A DNA stretch of 63,656 nt, the filler included, from Welwitschia mirabilis (Eukaryota): the NCBI GenBank assembly GCA_051453625.1. It is 5 parts of one record of this genome, joined end to end, with 100 filler letters (N's around TTAATTAATTAA, not from the genome) between each part and the next. Parts side by side here need not be neighbours in the genome. Positions count along the whole stretch, not along the records: positions 58,573 to 61,195 come from JBOZIK010000001.1; positions 61,296 to 63,656 come from JBOZIK010000001.1; 3 more parts are not named here. One strand, given 5' to 3'. Positions within the stretch are counted from its first letter, which is position 1. Every line of letters begins with the position of its first letter. Both the position numbers and the translations under genes were made by a program. The notes beneath the pieces were generated by a model, which was not told the origin of the DNA, made no database searches, and worked only from the letters and a program-made list of their open reading frames with translations. Below, piece after piece: positions 58,573 through 63,656 of this stretch.

Positions 58573-61195
58573 TAATGTAATGCAAGAAATATTCCATAAT
58601 AGATAGATTCCTAGAGAGATGAATAGAACTAGAGTGGTTCTTATACCAAAAAAAAAGAAATGCTAGTGGACCAAAGGACTTTAGGCCCTTAGGAGTCTGC
58701 AACATCATTTACAGAATCTTTGTAAAAATTATGGTTGGCCGAATTGCCCCCTTACTTCCCAATGTGATTTCAGAAAACCATGTTGGCTTCATTCGTTCCA
58801 GGTATATCCAAGCCCAATTCCTTTTGACTAATGAGATTATTCATTTTGTTAAAAAGTACAAATTTCCACTCCTCATTGCTAAATTAGATATTTCTAAAGC
58901 TTATAACTCTATTAGTTAGCAAGTTTGGGGTGCATTCTTAAGAAAACCAACTTCTCTCAAGATATTATTAATCTATAGCTAGACATGCAAGCTTCTATTG
59001 AATTTAGTGTGGACGTTAATAACCATATATCAAACTTATTCTCAGTGGGAAGAGTCTTGAGACAAGGGGACTCTCTATCCCCATACCTTTTTCTATTTGT
59101 GATGAATGCTCTACAGGTTTTGTTAAGAAACAATGGAGTTACAGGAATCAGAATTGGAGGTCAAACATTTCTCAACAATCACTATGCGGACGATACCATC
59201 ATCATAACCAAGGAAACCTATCATCAAGTAAAAGCTATAAAAAATTTCATAACCACATTTGCAGAGGCAATAGGGTTTCACACTAATTGGAATAAATCAA
59301 GAATATACACCTTAAGCAAACAATGTAAATAGGGGGCAAAATCGCCTAAATTCTAAACACAAAGTTAGGAGACCTTCAGGACATCTACCTAGGAATCCCT
59401 TTTTGAAATTGGCACGAGACAAGTACTTGGAATTACATTATGGAATCTATTCAAAGGAGGTGCAGTTCTGGGCACAATAATGTTTTTTTCCTTAAAGGCT
59501 AAAATCATTCTCACAAATTCCTATTTAATCTCATCTTTTGGACATATAGCTTCCATTATCACTCCCCTCCCCTCAAAAAATATCATACAAAAAATTGATA
59601 TAATCTTAAAAGGCTTTATTTGGTCAAGATGAAAAGACCACCATGGAATACATCTTTAAAAATGGAACATTATTGCCCGTCCAAAGGAATCAGAAGGTTA
59701 GGGGATCCAAAAGCCCTAAGATTGTATTCTCACTAGAGTTCATATGATCCTAAAGAGATTGCAAGAAGGAGGGCAACCCTGGTATGACTTAATTAATCAT
59801 AAGTATAGAAACTAGACAATTTACCATAGGGTGTTATATCTAAGGAAGCATCTTTGCAAAGCTCACCAATAACGTACTGAATTGAACATTTCTCAGACTG
59901 AAATGTCCAAACAGATTCTTATCAAGAAATATGGCAAACAAGATGGTTACAAGAAGTATTGGAGGGAACAAATATCGAAAAAAGTTAAAGTCTTTTGTTG
60001 ACTAAAAGAACATCACCAAATTTTGACAAGAGATCAATTATCTAAAAGGGGATTTCAAGTTGATCCTAACTGTCCCATCTGTCAGTCTAATCCAAAAATA
60101 GTACAACATCTTTTCCATCAATGCGTTTGGAATAAGCAATTAATTACCATAATGATGAAGTACTATTAAACCTACAGCGCCCCTGACATACATTTATTAG
60201 ATGGGATTCACCTGACTTTCTGGCATATCTGGCAGATCAAAAACAATTTAATTTTTAATAACACCCCCTTACCCTTCCCTATATATACAGTAAGGAAGAT
60301 TATCTGCACTCATTTTCAAATTAAAATCACCATGGAAACCACTCCAACTTTTAAGCCTGCTGACCCAGGCCTCTTCGAGGGATGCCCAGCTCTTTGGGAA
60401 AAATACAAGCGGTGAGGTGGGGACCCCTTTTACACAAGCTGAGAGAAGATATGGAGGCTGATATCGCCCCCTTTTACAAGTAATGGAGAGGAGGATGCAC
60501 TACTTTCCGAAGAATTCCAATAAAAATTTCTAAAGAATATTTCTCCAGACTGCTAGAAATCCCAGCGGAAGGTAAGCGGATCCCATTTGAAAGCAGAGGC
60601 CAATAAGAAGCTCTCCATTTCTTTCCTAGTGGAGTTTCCAAACTACTTAGCAGATACATTAGCAGGAATGCGTAACCACCCCCATGAGGACTTAGGAAAA
60701 AATTTGCAGACCGATATTTTGTTCAATCAGGAAATTGTTCTAATCTTTTAAGTATCCATTTTTAATTTCTTAAAGCTTTTGACTTGGGACGCCAAGTATT
60801 TTTTCCATTTAAGTTCTCAAACACAAAGACTTCTTAAGGCACTCAGGATTAATCCTGACCCTATGGAGAGCAGCACATGAAGCTTGAGCCAGAGAGGCTC
60901 CTTCCCCTCTTCCCTGTTGTCATCCTTACCAGACTTCCCTAGGAGAACTTCTATAAGAAGTTCCTCTTTTGTTAGGAACCCTACTCCCAAGGAAATGATA
61001 ACTCAATCCAAACCTAGCAAGAGGGGGATGTCTTTGCCCTTAAGTCACTCAGAGGAATTGTCTTTGCCATCCGAGGAGCATTCTCCTAGCCCAGCCCAAG
61101 AACCGTTTCTAGCTCACCCTTCTCCTAACCCTCGGGAATAAGGTGGACATGCCCAACCCTCTCATTCTCCAGCTTTGAGCCTAGCTCTCCACAGT
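58573..61195 (+). mobile_element. LINE copy B fragment (RT, zf-RVT and C-terminal extension), bounded by scaffold spacers
   Basis: VVLIPK..GPKDFRPLGVCNIIYRI; KLDISKAYNSIS; LRQGDSLSPYLF; HYADDT; YLGIP; DPNCPICQSNP..VQHLFHQC; WHIWQIKNNLIF. Homologous to copy A. Confidence 0.92.
60332..61195 (+). pseudogene. In-frame C-terminal extension of LINE ORF2, copy B (Transposase_32-like plus S/P-rich tail)
   Basis: ..IICTHFQIKIT-METTPTFKPADPGLFEGCPALWEKYKR..LLHKLREDMEADIAPFYK*WRGGCTTFRRIPIKISKEYFSRLLEIPAEGKRIPF..FADRYFVQSGNCSNLLSIHF*FLKAFDLGRQVFF.., then the 60884-61141 S/P-rich ORF. Confidence 0.6.
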
Positions 61196-63269
61196 NNNNN
61201 NNNNNNNNNNNNNNNNNNNNNNNNNNNNNNNNNNNNNNNTTAATTAATTAANNNNNNNNNNNNNNNNNNNNNNNNNNNNNNNNNNNNNNNNNNNNAAATA
61301 ATGAACAAACAACTAAAAGATGAAAGAGCCATATATGATCATCCTATTATTGGGATATCATTCAAATAGAAGAGCAAAGAGTTACTACAACTACAAATTA
61401 GATAAATGTAATGAAAAGTTAAACATGTTGAGAAAACAAAGACATGAAAATTAACAATTGCATCAAAAGAATGAAAAGACATCTAAAATAAGTGGATCTA
61501 TTTAAAACCAAAACAAGCTTGATTGAAAAGTTAGAGGTACAAGGCCAAATTAGTAGTTATTTGAATTATGTGCTACGTTTTATTCCCTAAGTACATTCAA
61601 AAGTAAACATTACGCTTAGTTTTAAGAAATTATCAAACTTAGGTTGGTAAAAACATCTATTTTAATGACACACATTCATAACGTGTATCACTTTACTTTT
61701 TTATTTGTTATAAGTTTTTCCTTCCCCACATAGATACATTTGTAGTTGAGATTTTCTGTTTAGTAGACCTCTAAAAAATGCTTATGTTGCAGTTGTTTAT
61801 CTATTCTATTTTAAATCATAGACTTTTTGGAATCATTTATTTAATGTGTTACGAAAGAATGTGCTTTCAGTAGATCACAAGTTGCAACAACATATGTATT
61901 AATTGTAATGATTTCTTATAAATTTATCGTGATTTAGGAGTTTTTGAGTGCTGTTTATTTGGAATTGATTGATCAATAAACAAAAGAGAATGACCACATT
62001 GACCCTTTTTTTAAAATTAAGATATGCTTATAAAGATGGATGACAAGGATTTAACTCAATTAATCAAGATAGATGTATGCAGGGTTGATTAATAAACTAA
62101 ATCAATTGACTTGTAATTAGTTTTCCTCATTTTTGGCAGAGTGACACTATTATGAATGATCTTTTGAAAAGGTTAAAAAAAAAATTAAATGTCAATGAGA
62201 GACTCTAATGTGATTGAGGGGAAAAAGTAAGATTAAAAACACTCCATGGGTATCAAAGAGAAGAAACCCCTACATTTGTCAGAGACAGTTTTGAAAAATT
62301 AATAGTTTTGAAGGATATCTCAAAGAGACTATTGTGAGGGTGATTTGTGATTAAAGATTAATGTGATCTCTCAAAGTTAACATGGAATTATAGCTTTCAT
62401 CTAATAGAGTTACTCTAATCCTTAAGTTTAAATATGTGCATCCTTGAATCTTGCCTTCAAATTTATGCCTATGCAATTTTTTTAATTTTAGTTTTCATGA
62501 TATTACATATTACGTTGTTGAAGGTCTTTTTAACACAAAACTAGAAATTTAGATTTTACCTTGAATCTAAATCATTAGTTTCATCTATATAAAACCAAAA
62601 GCTCAAGCAATGTTTATAATTACTTGTACCAAATTAAACTAATTGAGAAGGATTAATTATTATGAGTCAAAATTACACAACTCTTTATGAACTATAAGTT
62701 TCATACTCTTACTTTAAAACTAGTTAGGAAATGTCGAATCACTACATATTAAATTTACTTTACACAAATGCTATTTGAATGTGGTGTAATAGTGTAATTC
62801 ATGTATGATAATAGTGATGAAGAAATGATAGATGCATTCTCACCATTAAGATGAAACTAGTAAATGAGAACACTACAAGTTTTGAAAAAATAAATAAAGA
62901 GGAAGAAGAGAAACAAAGCAAATATTTGACAAAACTCTTTCACCTAACAAAATGAAACATAGAATAGGCCTCATTGACAACCATAACAATGTGACTAAAT
63001 GCAATAATTCTAACTCACATAAAGTATAGAATTTTAAATTTCAAGTAGTGAAAGTTTTAAAATCTTCTTAACCTTATGAGATATGTTAATGCTATTATGT
63101 CAAAACCTTATGATAAAGATGAAAGAATAAAAAATTTCATACTTGTGATCCATGTAAGTGATGAAGTACTATCATTGGCTAAAAAAATAAGAAGAGCACA
63201 AGCATTAATTCTAAGATACTTTATCAATTGAAAATGAAGCATAGGAAGGAATGTAATCACTAGGATAGT

Positions 63270-63656
63270 TTGGAGGGATTTGGAGTGAAGGAGGAAGCTA
63301 GGGTTTGGAAGGTCGGATCGGTGGGGGCAGTTTTGGTTTTGGAAAGCTGCGGCCCATAGGGGATGGTATCGGCCACTAGACATACAGTAACAGGTAAGTT
63401 ACGGTATTTCTTTGTTATTTTCACATTGATTCGAACTAGGGTCTAAAAAGGGGTTTATGCCCTCAAAATGGAGAAGATTCAGTTCTTCAAGGAGGGAAAA
63501 ACCCTATCCTTAGACATAGATCAAGGCGCGTGTTCGAAAACAGAGAAAAAACTTCAATGCAGTTTAATCGGCAAGTTTATTTCATCGGGTCCAAGACCTA
63601 GACTTGATCTCATCAGAGAATGGGTAGCCACAAAATGGACTGGGGTTAGTAAAGTC
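63270..63656 (+). mobile_element. LINE copy C, 5' end (5'UTR and start of ORF1 at 63468), runs off the window
   Basis: GC-rich UTR with TAGGGTTT; ORF1 MEKIQFFKEGKTLSLDIDQGACSKTEKKLQCSLIGKFISSGPRPRLDLIREWVATKW aligns with copy A ORF1. The 5' boundary is approximate. Confidence 0.85.

Noticed and set aside
61296-63260. AT-rich stretch before LINE copy C, including the 63108-63383 minus ORF
   Set aside because: No supportable coding motif, terminal repeat or RNA structure. The ORF partly overlaps the LINE 5'UTR antisense and appears spurious.

Overview
Gappy draft-assembly window from an AT-rich land-plant nuclear genome (species not determinable). It holds one intact host gene: an intronless MYC2-like bHLH IIIe transcription factor (11349-13211, +), set in a CpG-rich island with dense G-box/ACGT clusters on both sides. 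Almost everything else is decayed retroelement: three copies of one L1-type LINE family (1-6000 -, 58573-61195 +, 63270-end +), a tRNA-derived SINE with a perfect 14-bp TSD, a full-length Athila-like Ty3/Gypsy (15305-31050), and a three-level nest of an old Copia, a Sirevirus-like Copia lacking INT/RT/RH, and a second Athila-like Gypsy. The most striking observation is that the LINE ORF2 does not stop or enter RNase H after its zf-RVT region. In both copies that cover this region it reads on in frame into a domain with the motif order of the 'env-like/extra ORF' (putative plant transposon protein, Transposase_32-like) family. The Gypsy and the Sirevirus in this window each carry the same kind of domain as a stand-alone extra ORF. 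All domain calls come from manual translation and motif recognition, not database searches. Four TTAATTAATTAA-in-N spacers and many gap-flanking duplications are assembly artefacts.
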